A stretch of DNA of 58,529 nt, counting the filler, from Sphacelaria rigidula (Eukaryota), in the NCBI GenBank assembly GCA_964200075.2. It is 9 parts of 9 records of this genome, joined end to end, with 100 filler letters (N's around TTAATTAATTAA, not from the genome) between each part and the next. Parts side by side here need not be neighbours in the genome. Positions count along the whole stretch, not along the records: positions 1 to 6,415 come from CAXNAA020020208.1; positions 6,516 to 12,930 come from CAXNAA020020209.1; positions 13,031 to 19,445 come from CAXNAA020020210.1; 6 more parts are not named here. The stretch is one strand, 5' to 3'. Shown one piece after another: positions 1-13,129 of the stretch (position 1 is the first letter of the stretch; every line of letters starts with the position of its first letter). Made by a program: the position numbers and the translations under genes. Under the pieces are notes generated by a model. That model was not told the origin of the DNA and did not search any database. It worked only from the letters and a program-made list of their open reading frames with translations.

Positions 1-3000
1 GGGGGGCGGTAGGGGTTCGGGGGGGGGGGGGGGGGGGTGGGGGTGGTGGGGGGGGGGGGGGGGGGGGGGGGAGTAAGAATTTGTTCGGGTGATGTGTTTT
101 AGTTGGCCGCTCAAGTTGAAAAGGGGTGCATAGACCCGTGTAAAACGTGATGCAGTCGTCACATGCGGAGGCATGGGGCGGTGAGTGAACGAATGAATGA
201 ATAAGCGAGTAAATGAGGGGGTCAACGGATATTTATCTCGGTGCATCGAGATGGTGACGACAGGATTCCCGAAGACATTGATTTTCACGCCTCGACAACC
301 AAAGATTCTCAGGTTGTGTTCTGTGGGGGATATCGGCTTCAATTCGGGATTATTCACAAGTATAAAATAGGTATATTTTCGGTGAACATGGTTCCGAAGA
401 TACCGGGGCGAGGCTCGATACCCTGCCGGACCATACCTGAGCTGCTGTATGATTGTGTTTGTCTCTCTATAAAATGTAGTATCAGTCGGGACGCAGTGCG
501 GTCTGTGCACTCGACTGTTGAAAACTTCATGCTACCCCAACCCATCACTTGCGCGATACCGAACATGGCTGGGTAAAGACACACAACCAGCGCTGGTATA
601 CACCGCTTGACCGGCTGGGCTACACCCCGTGCTCCGATGAAACGAGCAACCCACTACTACTTGCACCCGTCAGGATGGCGGCCGATGCCGCTGGCATCGA
701 CGCCAGCGCTCGCGGACACGGAAAGACACAACCGGCCACACTAAGATGGGGATATACCGATACACGAGCATCGCAATGACGCCCTGCGGCGACAACGTAC
801 CACTTGCTGTCTGCTTGTCTACTTGCAGCTTCGTTTCTCACCTGCTCTTTTATCCGTCCGGCCTCACTGTCAACTCCTGTACTATATTACAGTACGTATT
901 GTACACTACAGGTGTGACGCGAGTCTGAGAATTAGTCACAAGCATTTTTCACTACATAACTCACTACATAACTCACTACGAAGGTCGCATTTCATTGGCG
1001 CTAGATTCCGCCGATTCCTCACTGAATGGCTTCTGATTGGTTGAATTCCACATTTCTCTACAAAAATCTAGTCCCATGTATGGGCGTTGTGCCCAGAAAT
1101 GTATTGCTCAGGGGGTGTTATAATCCATCATATTCAGAACCGCATCGACGTTTTGTGTCTCGCAAGCTCGCGGGCGTGGATTCCTGCCAAAATAGTGCGA
1201 TTCCTGGATAGATGAGTAGCGGTCCGCTTCCACGGCACAGTGATTTGCAAGAACTCCGTACCTGAAGCCCCTGCACCGACCTGTCCGAGTGTTCTCGGGA
1301 TCGGGACTACAATAGATCCTTCCAAGCCGTGTTTCTCACTTCCTTCCCCCCTTTTATTTTGTCAGCCACGCAGTCTCTTCCTTCATCACTTCTTCACTTC
1401 CCCCATCCACTCGAGTTGCCTTCAGCGAGTGTTTTTATTAATGCACCTTGGGTACGTCAATTTTGTGATTACGCCTGGAGTCGAAGGCGATCAGTTAATG
1501 TGCGACAATCAATCAGTCAACCAACGCTACGAGGAACACCTGGTAATGCCGTCTGTACAAGGATAAAACAAAGGAGACGACGATGGCGATGCTGGAAGGT
1601 GGATACCGGATTCAGGGGAAAATAAACCCGCGGCAACCAAGCGCAACTGCTGAATCCATAAGCCTCGTGATTTTGCTGCACATCTCACCTTCAACCCCGA
1701 CTGAGAGCGATGGTCGTCGTTGTCCTCATGGAAAAGTTGCATCGCCGCTCCGCGCACCCCCTCTGTCGGTACAACAGAAATCCCTGTACGGACACGACTC
1801 GAACGGGCACTAGCGGCCATGGTTGGTGAAGTTGTTGGCGATACAACATCCATGGTCCATGACGACGACGGCGGCGACGACGATGATGATGATTCCATAG
1901 TAGACGAACCGAATTTCCCGATAATATGCAGCAAATCGGACTAGCTGTAGCCGGTTTAGGGAATGCTTCCGTCTGCCTGCCTGTACAGACTGTGCGTTGA
2001 CGTGTATGACTCGCACGAACACTCTGAATTTAATGTCATCATCCATGATGCACACGAGTGAAATGTTTCTCACACCCGCGGTAGGTTCACGGCGAAGGTA
2101 TGATAATCCTGCAAGCTGCCAGTGAAAACGGACTCTCCTGCATTTGAAATTGACCTTGAGGTTTAGTCATGAGCTCCGGAGATAGGGAAGGGGCCAGGTG
2201 AGAAATAGTTTTCTGACATATTTCCCGAAGTTGCAAGATGCGCACACGCCAGACAATACGCAAGGTACCACAACCATGCAGTCCTTGTGTCACGTGTCCA
2301 ACCAGCCCGGCTTTAAACAGCCGTCGTTGTTGCTATTTCCGTTGCCGTTACTGCTTGTGTGCTGCCATGTGTAATATACTGTGCCTCAGTTTGTCGTGTG
2401 CCCTCGTTATGGTGGTCGCTGCCGCACTCGTTGATAGTGCCGCGCTGCCGCACTCATGATTTTGTCGTACAGCATGATAATTTGTGCTGCACTGTATATG
2501 GCGGTGGATAACACCCCCTCCTGTGACACTTATATTCAACCCTTTCATCGCCCAGTCGAGCAGGTGATTTTTTGTCGGTCTGACTATGTGGAGGGGCACC
2601 GGGATACTTGTTCTGGTGAAATTTACAGCTCCTACATAGATACAGGAGAATCTGGACCGACTGGGCCGTTGTCACACACATATCACATATCCATGCCACA
2701 GTACAATACAGACGTTGCATTGTGCAGTACCGACTCCTTGAGCACCCGACGCTTTCTATTCCGAAAATCCGGCGTGACAGCCCCGCGGGCATTGGAGCAT
2801 GGCAATGGTATGCATTAGATTAAAGGCCAAAACATTGCCTTTGTACGCTATTCGTAGATCGGACTGAAATTTGAACTTTTTTCTGAGTATGGCAAGTGTG
2901 CCAGCATATGCGCATGGCTAACCGGGCGGATTGAGTGTTTTACGGCGTTTGTATCGCACAACATAACACTTGCAGCTAGCTGTATCTGGCGAAAGTTCCG

Positions 3001-5714
3001 TCAGCACAATGATCGCACCCGCAACGCCTACGCATCTGTCGGGGATTGCTCTCGCCGACTTCAACGATAGAAAACCGCTGCGATTCCAGCCCAATTACCG
3101 TTGTGGTGTGCACGGTCTACCCGATAGAGGCGTACATGCCATATCACATGCGGTGGTGGCACGTCAACGCTCGTAGTGGTCTTGACCCCCCCAAATGTAA
3201 TTGCACGATGCCGTACTGTCCTCTGTACTGTACTGTGCCAACTATGACATTGATATGTGCGTGGCAACGGTCCGGCGGACCCACCTCGTTGTTTTCATGC
3301 ATGTTTTGTCTACCATCACTCAACCATCCCAAATAGTCAGGCCGACGAGCGGCCACCTTTAAAGCTGGGCGCTACAAGGTTCCACCCTTTCGGTACTGGA
3401 TATCCCTGTGGTGTTCATTTCGACCTGTCGTGTTTTCATGATCGTGCTTGCTTTTTTTTTTTCAGTATTCACGTAAAAATATTCGCACAAGTTGGCATCA
3501 TCAGACCGGTGAGAGAGAAGAAGCAGAAGAAGAAAAATGAAAAATCCCTTCTTTTGCCGGCGGCGAAGGATCAGGTCTATTTGTCTATTCGGTGTCGGTG
3601 TTCCTTCTAACGCTATAAACAAAATGCGCGGAGACGTGTTGACGGGGAAGACAGGATGCAGACAGTAGTCCCGTACAGTTCCGTACAGTACACAAAGTAA
3701 GTTAATGCACACCGCCGCCCGATACTTACAGCAGTGGCAGCTGTTTCTACGGTGAAGGATAAAATGCGTTCGAAGGGCGGCTACAGAAGGTGGTACGCAC
3801 ACCGTTTTTGGGACCACCAAAAAGTCTGGACCGCCGGCATAAATCGAAGAGTCGGCTGCATGGCGACACGAAGTGATGAGCGGTTGGGGACTGCGTCAAG
3901 CATCGCTCACGGCAGCACTAGATGCCCATGCGCTGGAAGGAGTGGCGGAGATCACGAGCCAGCGCGTACTTATTCCTGAAGAGGAGCGATGTTTGACATC
4001 ATGCAAGCTGTATGCGGGCCAGAACTGGAGAACCCGGAGAGCCCGGATAAGGGAAACGCTGAAGAGTGTTCCAAAAACACGACGCAGAGGAATGTCGCCA
4101 GGAAAAATTCGGGCAAACATCTGCCCGACGGCGAGCCAGAGATCGAGGCGGAGTGCAACACAATCGGGAGGGCCAGGAGTCACCTGAAGTGGGCGCTGGG
4201 CAGCGAAACTTGAAGTTATGTGGCTGACGATGAAGTGTCTTGCGACAGCCAGTGTTGTCTTGGGCGTCAACATAATGAGCAGCAAGAGCAAAAGAGCAAT
4301 GATTCTACGGCCCGAGTATACAGCAGTACGAGGGCTTCGATGGATATGCTATACTCCCTGAATAACAAGGACAAATGTTTTCATCTCAGATACAGCACCG
4401 CAGGTGACTTGAACCGCGGCCGTCAAACCGCAGTAGGTCGTGCAGCAAAACACCGTCAAAAGATTCGTGCCGACGCTTTGCACCTCAACGATACGGCGAG
4501 AAGGCACGTGGAAAAAATGTATTTTGGCGCTGTAGGATAGCTGGAGCTGAAATTCCTCGAGCAGCATCCCCACCAGGTCGATTTCAGGTCAGTGGCGAGG
4601 ACGCCGATCCCTACGCCACCTTCACCTGCGCAGTCGAATTTCTCCCCTGGGGTGAGTCCGAAGAAGAAATTTACCGATGGCAACATGTTGGCAGCGGTAT
4701 ACGAGAAAGGCGAAGGGGATGCGATACACGGCTCGTCAGAAACGTGGAATCGCGTTTTGTGGTCACTACAAGGACTGGGGGCGGGCAGCGTGGCGGGGGG
4801 GGGGGAGAGACAGCAAAGGGCAGAAGCGAAGAGGGGTGACAGTGCGGAAGGCGAGGACTATGGCGAGATCCGTACGACAGATCTGACTGCAAGCTGCAGG
4901 GCGTGGAGAATGGTCTAGAGACGCGAAGTGGGCACGCTTTCATCCCTGAAACATGGACATCAGTGCCTGAGGATATATGGAAGATTTTCGAGCCGTATTA
5001 CCTGGAGGCGCACATAAAAGTCTCAGTGATGAGGCCTTCCAAGAGTGCGTATGTGAAGGTAAGTTTGAGAAATACGTGAAGAATGCGTACCCAGAGTACG
5101 GTGCGGCTGCAATCTCGTGGTGTTACGTCGGGCTCGTTGGTTTCGTCTGATAGCAGACATGTTGGGACCACTTCTTATGGTGTCGAAAAAATATTCCCCG
5201 GGGAAAAAATCCAGCCCCCTTCCGGCCATGTTTTCTTGGAAAAACACCACCTCAAGCGAGAGTGTCCAAAAAAAAAAAATTGAGACCCTATGCCCTTTTT
5301 TTTAACCCTGGAGTTTTTCGGGGGGCGGGAGGTTACCAAATCCCATACATGAAAAATACGTTGAAGAATAAAAAATGAAAAATGAAGGATATAAAAAATG
5401 AAGCTTTAATTATTCGCATACCTTCGGAGCCAAGTAAGGTCAAGTAATATTTATGGGTTTCGGCAATACATTGCATATCACACTCCCACGACAAGAACAA
5501 GACCAGACAAATACCATAATGCTCTGCAATGCTTGCTCAATTAGGCTAAACCCATCTTGTGGTGGTAGATAGAGTCAGCAATCGTCGGCGCTACCTCACC
5601 CAAGCCGCCCCCAAATGGCTATTTGTTGAGTGTTTCTTGATGTGAATAAAAAAGTCCTACGACCACCGGAGCGGAGGGGGGAGGAGAGGGGGTACATGGG
5701 GTCTCGGAGGGTTT

Positions 5715-5919
5715 CAAGGGCAGGTCAAGTAGAATATACTCAATTGCGGGGTATTTTGAAATACGTACTTGGGGTATTCAAGTTAGGGTAGAGTGTTGAG
5801 AGTCGTACCCAAAAAATGGCTGGGAAGCGATTCCTGAAACCCTACCCCCAATTTGTGTACTCCACGTACGACTTTCAAAATACCCCGCACTTGAGTATAC
5901 TCTACTCGACCTACCCTTG
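5715..5919. mobile_element. ~205-bp palindromic MITE/foldback element
   Basis: CAAGGGCAGGTCAAGTAGAATATACTCAATTGCGGGGTATTTTGAAATACGTAC at 5715 matches the reverse complement of 5866-5919 (CAAGGGTAGGTCGAGTAGAGTATACTCAAGTGCGGGGTATTTTGAAAGTCGTAC). Imperfect pairing continues inward to about 85 bp per arm. Confidence 0.8.
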
Positions 5920-6415
5920 GAGTTTTTTTCTGGGCACTCCTGCCTCATGAGGTCATTTTCGGCAAAAACAAGGGCATGCACTTTTGGCCGCGAGATAAAA
6001 TTGCCAAAGGTTTCCAAAGTAGCGCGCACTTTCGATGATGAGAAAGTGCCTTCACCGTTCCGTCCCGCGTGGCGCTGGGGCTATGTTGTTTTGAGCCTTG
6101 GAGTTTGTGCCCGTTTTTTTTCTATCCTCTTTGGAGAGGATGCGAAGGGCGGGTGCACATGACGATTTTTCTGTTTTTTTTCAATGCCGTTGCGCCGTAG
6201 CCAAGAGCCTGGCAGCCCTCCAGTGCCAACACACATCGACGATCGGCACTATTGTACTGTCCGTGTATCGTGTGCAGTGTAGAAAAGCGTGTCACAACTA
6301 TCACCCTCGCGTTAACAGCTCAATCCGCCCCCACACTGGTCTGGTCTTAGCCTGGTCCGGCGAGAACCCGGCGTGCTCCGTCCCGGCTTTGTAGGGGCGG
6401 ACCCCCGATGGGGTT

Positions 6416-6515
6416 NNNNNNNNNNNNNNNNNNNNNNNNNNNNNNNNNNNNNNNNNNNNTTAATTAATTAANNNNNNNNNNNNNNNNNNNNNNNNNNNNN
6501 NNNNNNNNNNNNNNN
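6416..6515. other. Artificial contig spacer N44-TTAATTAATTAA-N44; also at 12931-13030, 19446-19545, 25960-26059, 32474-32573, 38988-39087, 45502-45601, 52016-52115
   Basis: Eight identical 100-bp spacers with a six-frame stop linker separate nine contigs of 6415 or 6414 bp, consistent with length-sorted concatenation. Confidence 0.99.
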
Positions 6516-7017
6516 GACCGCTTTTCACTCTCAATCGTATCATCTACTCTCAATCTCACGAAAACACTGTTGTCTGCAATGTATTTACGTTGTATGCACA
6601 AAAGATGGTGTGAAAATACACCCGTGAACCTCCGGCTGGGTGCGTACCTGTCCTCCCTATTTCACCGTGCAGTGGGTTTGCTGGTTGCGTGAACATGTGG
6701 TGTGCGTTGTTCCAGTGGAGGAAGAAATGACTGGGCATCATGACATATGGCATTGGTTTTCAACTCCCAAGGACGAAACCTGGTATTCGGATTCGGAGGG
6801 TACCTTGTCGTAGCTGTCGTCTCAAACGACCGTTTCGCGGCCTGTTGTATCCGACCTCCAGCCGATTCTTCAGCACTCGATGTTTGCCTTGAAATGTGTC
6901 GCTTCTTCTGTGCGCATACGATTGACACGCCGACGTGTAGTAGTCACTCCTCCCTTCCCCCTACTGGAAATCACACCATGTGTGCCCCACTGCTTGCACG
7001 TAACCCTAGGTTGCTGC

Positions 7018-10000
7018 TTACCCACCATCACGTATTCCTGAAACCTGAATCACCACTCCTTGACTTGTGGTACAAAACACATTGAGATCCACCACCTGAC
7101 CGGCGTCAACAGCCACCGGCTCGTCCAATAACACGGCCGCCTGCCGAAAATGAGGAAACCCTCCGCTTCTACACTGCAGTGTGTGATCACCCTCGTCACC
7201 GGCATGCCGAACCTCACCGCGTACAGGTCCCGTATCTAAAACACCAGCATCAACAGAGCTACTTGCGTCGCTCCTCTCCCCTAACCCCGTTGACCCCGCA
7301 ACCGCGTTGCTACGGGGCTCAAAAAGGCGTTGTCGGTACCAGTAGGCAATGGCGTGCAGAGTTCCACGTCGGGCTACGGGTAGGTGTGCCGACCTCCGCG
7401 GTGTGCATCCGTCTGCCCCGGCTTGCACATCGGACAGGTCGAGCTTGTAAGTCACGGCAGGCTTTGTGAGAAACACTTCCTCGTCTTCCTCCTGCTGTAC
7501 TCGCTCTCGTTTGTCTCTGTTGTGGTCTATGGCGTCAGAAGTACTACACGTTTCCACACTACTTTGTGTATTTTGTCGAGATGCGTTGTCGTTCCATTTA
7601 TTCCCGTGTATTGATGTATCTGCGGTGGGGTTTGCGTTGGGGTCAGCCCGAATTCCATCTGCAGTGGCGGCGGCGGCATTGGCCGCCCTAGACAGATCGA
7701 GCTCGCGGAAATTCGCCACACCAAACGCGTTCACGGGCGTAACATCAACACCGCAGCACCGGCAACAATCTCGCTGCTCGGAGGACGCCGATGAAGGAGA
7801 AGAAAGGACCCTGTTTTCCGAAAGCAACGATGCCCGCTGCAAACCCTGACAGACCACCTCCAGCGAACCCGGCACAAACGCAGCGCCAGGGCCGCCGCCC
7901 CCATCGCCATACCTGTTTTCCCCACAATTGTCGCTGGCGGCGCTGTCGCTGTCAACAGCACAGATAAATCTCCGGCACAACTCCAAGTCACCTAGCACCC
8001 CTTGCCGCAGTAACCCTGACCCCTCTACGACCCCCGATGCAATTACAACCGACCACTCACGCCCGTCATGCTCGGGAGATCCTCCGTCTTCTACCGTTGC
8101 GCGATTGTGTTTTTGACGGCTACGGCGCCGTCGACGCGGCCAGCACCTACAATCCCTCGGACTTCGCCCGCAGCACGCACCGAGGGCACCCGCCTTGACT
8201 TGAGACACAATACCACCAGCCAATGATGAACTGTTAGATACATCACGGCCAGTTGGGTTAGTGACGGGGGAGGCGGTAGTGTCGCCGCCGTGGTTAGGGT
8301 CTCCTTCACAGTCACCCCCCCCCGCAACCCAGGAAGCAAACTCGATCAACCCGACCGCGAAGGCCATGTAACGGTCCGACTCGAGCCCGTTCTCCCTCGC
8401 AAGCGCGTTCATCGCCTCGGCTATCTCCACTTCACCGTCCCCGCAAAGTGCCAGCACCTTCGTTGCCGGGCCGCCACCCTCCAGCTCCAACCGCGCCACG
8501 AACAAGCCAGCAAGACTCCACGCCCCGTATAGGTCCAGAACGTACGCGGGGGACGCGGACGGTGAGGAAAGCGCCCCTGCGGCGGGAACGCCGGCGGCCC
8601 CGGCGACGTTGGTCGAGGTGGCGGCTGCGAACGGTGATGGCTCACTGGTAAAGGTGGTGTCATCGAGAGGTGCAGCTACAGGATTATCGGCGGTGACCTG
8701 AGGTGGGGCTCCTCTCCTGTCGGTTAGAGGAGGAATCAGGGGGCCAGCTAGCGGCGCGAGGTGAGGGGTAGACTGCGACGGTTGCATCGCACAGGCGGTG
8801 CTTGCTTCGATGCGGTGGTTTATGGCGAGGATGTCTGCAACGGCCGTCGCGTAGGATTCGTGGAAGGTTTGGTCATTCAGACGGGCCAGGTCCATTTCTC
8901 CGAGGAAGAAGTGCTCGGCATGTCTTTCATCGTTGTCGGTGCGTGCTGCTTTGGGCGCACTTTCCCTCACAACCTGGCTTCCGCTTGTTGGGTTTTTGCG
9001 TCTGATTGGTTTTGCTGACTGCGTCGTACTGATTCCTTCGTTGCCATTTAAGGTCAGGTGAAGACAGTCGCGACCGGCCGATGCTTCCAGCGCAGCATCA
9101 CCTCCCACTTGTAACTCCACCCCAGACGCGAAATATACACCTGCATCCTACGACCACGTGAACGAGCAAAAAAGAGACAGCAGAGGGGATTTCGGTACGA
9201 GCAAATACCGTATCCGCACGTTTGTACGACAGGACGTCGCAAACGCTATTCCGCCTTTTCGAAGGCTAGACTGCAGAGGTCCACAGTTTCATAGGAAATA
9301 ATATTAACTCGGCGATAGAAGCACTTCGGCGGTTTGGGGTGCATAGTACATACCCAACTCAACTATCGTTCTCCCTTCTCGGCATGTCCCTCCTCGCCCT
9401 AGAACCAGAAGCATCCCCCAGTAAGAGCGGAATGAAAAACTCACCCAACCGGACGCATCCCCGGGTAAGCATCTCTCCGGCCGGGTGCTGACCACATCAT
9501 GTTCCCCCCGCTCCTCATCCAACCAAAGATCGAACCAAACGGCGATTGCATCCGCTCGCCCCGAGCGCTCCACGGATAGCGAGGACGAAGCCTGCTGTTG
9601 CTGCGTCGGCGCCGTCGGATGAGGGGGTGCCATGAGCACAGCTCCGATCTCGAGGAAATTTATGTCCAATACAGCGGTAGGGAAGGTGAGCTTTTTGTGC
9701 TCCAGGCGGGAGAGATCCTGCGGTGTTTGCGGTCACATGATGGGAGGCGGCAGGAGCGGGCATTTCGTGTTGCAGCGCGTTCGTACCGTGGCGAATAGAA
9801 AGACACTAGTGGTGTGTTTCACTTTGACTCAACGACGCATTTGCCCTCCCTGTCCCCTGCCCCCGCCAAAAATCGCATCATCACTTGACTGCACCAAAGA
9901 TTGATAAACTTTAGGGCAATGCAGACACTGCGTGGACGTGCATTGTGCGCTCAACATGACCACGGTGTCCACAAGCACAGAAACGAGAGTATGCGCTGAG

Positions 10001-11609
10001 TAGCGACGGTCTGTTCAGCACACCGCAAAGATCCTCAAAATCAAATAAAACAAAACGAAACTAAAAAAACAGCTCATAACACGGGGTTTGACATACTGTG
10101 GATGTGTTTTTTTTATTGAGGATGAGAACCCGGCGAATTAGAATCTTTGTATCCACACCAAATCTTCGAAATATAAGTCCACTCCTTCACCTACTGGTAG
10201 CTATTGACAACTACTGCATGCCATACAAATTTGGATCCTGATAACCGACATGTTTGGGTCCTAGGTGAAGAAACAATTTGGGGGAGAATTTAGATGATCC
10301 GATCAGATCGCCGAAATTCCCCCAAAATGGTTTTTTACCTAGGACCCCAACATTTCGTTCATCGGAATCCAAATTTGTATGGCGTGTAGTAATTGTCAAT
10401 AGCTACCAGCAAGTGAAGAAATGGAACCATATTTCGGAGATTTGGTGTGGATACGAAGATTTTAATTTTGTCCGGGTTTCTCATCCTCAATAAAAAATCC
10501 ATCCCGGATTTGTAAAATCCCGTGTTTCATCCCTACGTCCTTCACCTCGCAGGTGTAAGGTTCGTCGACGCTGAAGCCCACTGTCCTCGTGCGCAATCCG
10601 GCAGTGTTGTCGGGCTGTAGCCTGGATCGCTTTCTGATCGTCTCCGATTGCAACACTGCCGCGTAGACGCATGCCCCCTGACGGTGAGAGCAATCAATCG
10701 GTCGAGAGAGGGGCAACGTGGTGTTCGGCCCGGTGCGCAGAAAACCTCTCGGAGAGGACAACATCATTCGACGATTTCTTTTGGATGCTGCAAAAACACG
10801 CACGGAGATACGCTGAACGAAAACTGTTACGAAACAAAGAGCAATCAAGACTCCTTGTGTACAGAGGTAGATGACTGGCACTTAGTTTTCCTACTGAACG
10901 AAAAATTAACACCACGAAAATATGATCGGCGAGAGTCTCGGGGCCGAGAATTCCAGGTGGACGGCTGACGTCAATCAGCGGTGATCGGGGCGCAAAAAGC
11001 GATCGGAACTCGGAACACATGTGCTCAACTCATACACCAACCGTCCCCTCCCTGAGAGCTTGCCATGAACACCATGACCGTTTAACCAAAAACCTAGAGC
11101 AAAAACAACACGAAGTCACTCTACTCTCTAATGCCAACACGACTGTTATCAAAAAAGAAGAAAAAAAACAGCCGCACACAGATGCCGAAGACTAGGCGCT
11201 CTCTGAACGGAGGCGTTCTCAGCGAAAAGGGGACCATCTCGAGCTCTGCATGCCTCGGCAGTGACTTGATCATTATCCACGCGTTCCTTGACATCGGAAG
11301 ATGCATACGGGAGCGGGAGGCGCGAGGAAACGAAGAACGATTCGGGAAAAAAAGAAGAAGCTGAAACGTGAACATGATTTCTACGGTACCTGATGCCTGT
11401 ACGGTACCTGAGGTATCACACGTCCGCCTTCCGCCAGCAGACCGCGGGCACGGGCGTCGGCAAGGACGGGTATGATGCGCTCCCCAAGGAGGCCAGAATC
11501 GACCAACTCTGTTACTACGACGTCAACGCCGCGCGCCGGTAGATCTACTCCGGGTTTCAGGGACCCTGAAGACTTGTTGATAACGGTCACTCGGTCGGCG
11601 ACACCATTC
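7018..11609 (-). CDS. PRMT9: Protein arginine N-methyltransferase 9-like (PRMT7/9 double-domain family), 3' part. Exons 11609-11408, 10677-10546, 9717-9445, 9147-7018 (stop)
   Basis: Four GT-AG exons splice in phase to give VDVVVTELVDSGLLGERII...GRVIPQ/GACVYAAVLQSETIR...EPYTCE/DLSRL...DAIAVWFDLWLD...SGW/DAGVYF, then a degenerate second domain (LARLNDQTFH, GTLHAIAYWY, HFRQAAVL). EPYT.E and VVTE.VD.GL.GE resemble PRMT9. The 5' exons are not on the contig. Confidence 0.85.
10100..10504. mobile_element. ~400-bp foldback (long inverted repeat) element in a PRMT9 intron
   Basis: The left arm TTTTTTATTGAGGATGAGAACCCGG...GTATCCACACCAAATC...GGTAGCTATTGACAA...CCATACAAATTTGGAT...GGTCCTAGGT is complementary to the right arm over about 195 bp, centred near 10301. 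A related end occurs at 26060-26102. Confidence 0.9.
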
Positions 11610-12159
11610 CTGGAACAAGGAGGAACGCGAAGACAAGGGAGCGCCGAAGCAGAGGTGCTGCAGTACGATTTTTGCCCCCCATGTGAGACAAATATTTTCT
11701 CCGTGGAATGAATGCATCTTGTGACCCATGGTTTGTCGCCACTCTTGCGTTTCATTGAAAACGCGTCAGGGCATGAGCAGCGAAGAAATTTTGACGAGTC
11801 AACGAACGGGGCACGGGAGTGTTGATCTAGATCCTCGACACAGGTCTCAGGGGTACCAGGGAAGAGGCGGGTTGACTCCCGGAGACCATGGGTTCGTCTC
11901 GAGAAAGGGGAGGGATTGAAGAATATTTATTTTTATTTTTTATTTTTATTTGTCGCACTCTAAATCCGTTCCCTTCCTCGGGACAAGTCCGTGGTCTCAA
12001 GGGATCAACCCATCTCTCCCCGGTAGAGGGTGTGACGAGAAAAAAATAGGACTCAAGAGTGGCCATGTACTTCGTGCTCAAAGGGGTGAGGCTATCTCCT
12101 ATGGGATTGGTTTCTTGTATTCTAGGATTCTTTAGTTTCGGGACACTTGACATAGTGAG

Positions 12160-12517
12160 TGTTGTCGTCCCATCTATTCTGCACGCCGGTCTACACCTTT
12201 CGATATGTGTGAGCGCACCAGCCGGGGCCACAGGAGGAACGTTAACCCAGGGGTATTATATATATATATATATATATATTGTTTTTAGTTCTTCGCCTCC
12301 CTTCTGCGGTGCTTGCCTTTTATTTTTATGGCGAGAAGGTTTCGGCAGTCCCTTTCCCTCGTCGACCGTTGAGTCGAATCTTGTGTGCCCACGACACAGT
12401 CCCTCTCCACTGTTGGGCCTGTGCGAGAAAAAATCCCAGATTGCACCGAGATTCGAACCCACGACCCAACCGTCAGAAGATGTCGAGGTTACCAACTGAG
12501 CCACCGGGGCGACCGGC
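12160..12517 (-). mobile_element. tRNA-derived SINE (copy 1)
   Basis: The minus-strand head GCCCCGGTGGCTCAGTTGGTAACC...GGGTTCGAATCTCGG has Pol III A and B boxes but no clean cloverleaf. The body is homologous to 46485-46810. Confidence 0.85.
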
Positions 12518-12840
12518 TACACGGCTACAGTATTTGATCCTAAAAAAAATGTCACACTTAGGAATATAGCCCATGTCTCCGGTTCGCCCAGCTCCGAGGT
12601 TTCGAGAACGACCTCTGAACAAAACTCGATCAGTCAAAAGAAATATGTATTTAGGCTTGTACCGATTTTGCTCGTGAAAACAATATTATCCTGCAATAGC
12701 ATATTAAGCGAGGATGTTTTTTTCGTGTAGATGTTTCGTTTCTCGCCTTCTTCTGCGGGCTGTTTGGGTGATGGGTATGGGTGGTGTGCTCCTTGTACTC
12801 TGAGACCACGGGTTCGAGAGATCGAGCTAATGTGATTGAT

Positions 12841-12867
12841 ATAATAATGATAATAATGATAATAATG

Positions 12868-12930
<63 letters not shown>
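12841..12930. repeat. (AAT)n microsatellite at contig end
   Basis: Directly visible. Confidence 0.97.
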
Positions 12931-13129
12931 NNNNNNNNNNNNNNNNNNNNNNNNNNNNNNNNNNNNNNNNNNNNTTAATTAATTAANNNNNNNNNNNNNN
13001 NNNNNNNNNNNNNNNNNNNNNNNNNNNNNNACAAAAAGGCGGGAAGAGGATGTGGCGCCGGCCGAGGATTTCCGCGGTGCGCCTTCCCCCCCCCCCCCCC
13101 CCCCCCCCCCCGCCCCGAACCAACCCCAA

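Noticed and set aside
950..980. CACTA transposon terminus (CACTACATAACT x2.5)
   Set aside because: It is a short tandem duplication with no matching inverted end or 3-bp TSD.
241..3610. Short ORFs in the first half of contig 1, including a CNC...C SWIM-like stretch near 3197
   Set aside because: No complete motif or consistent splicing could be built.
12430..12512. tRNA gene
   Set aside because: A and B boxes are present but there is no proper acceptor stem, and it is fused to a body repeated at 46485-46810, so it is a SINE head.
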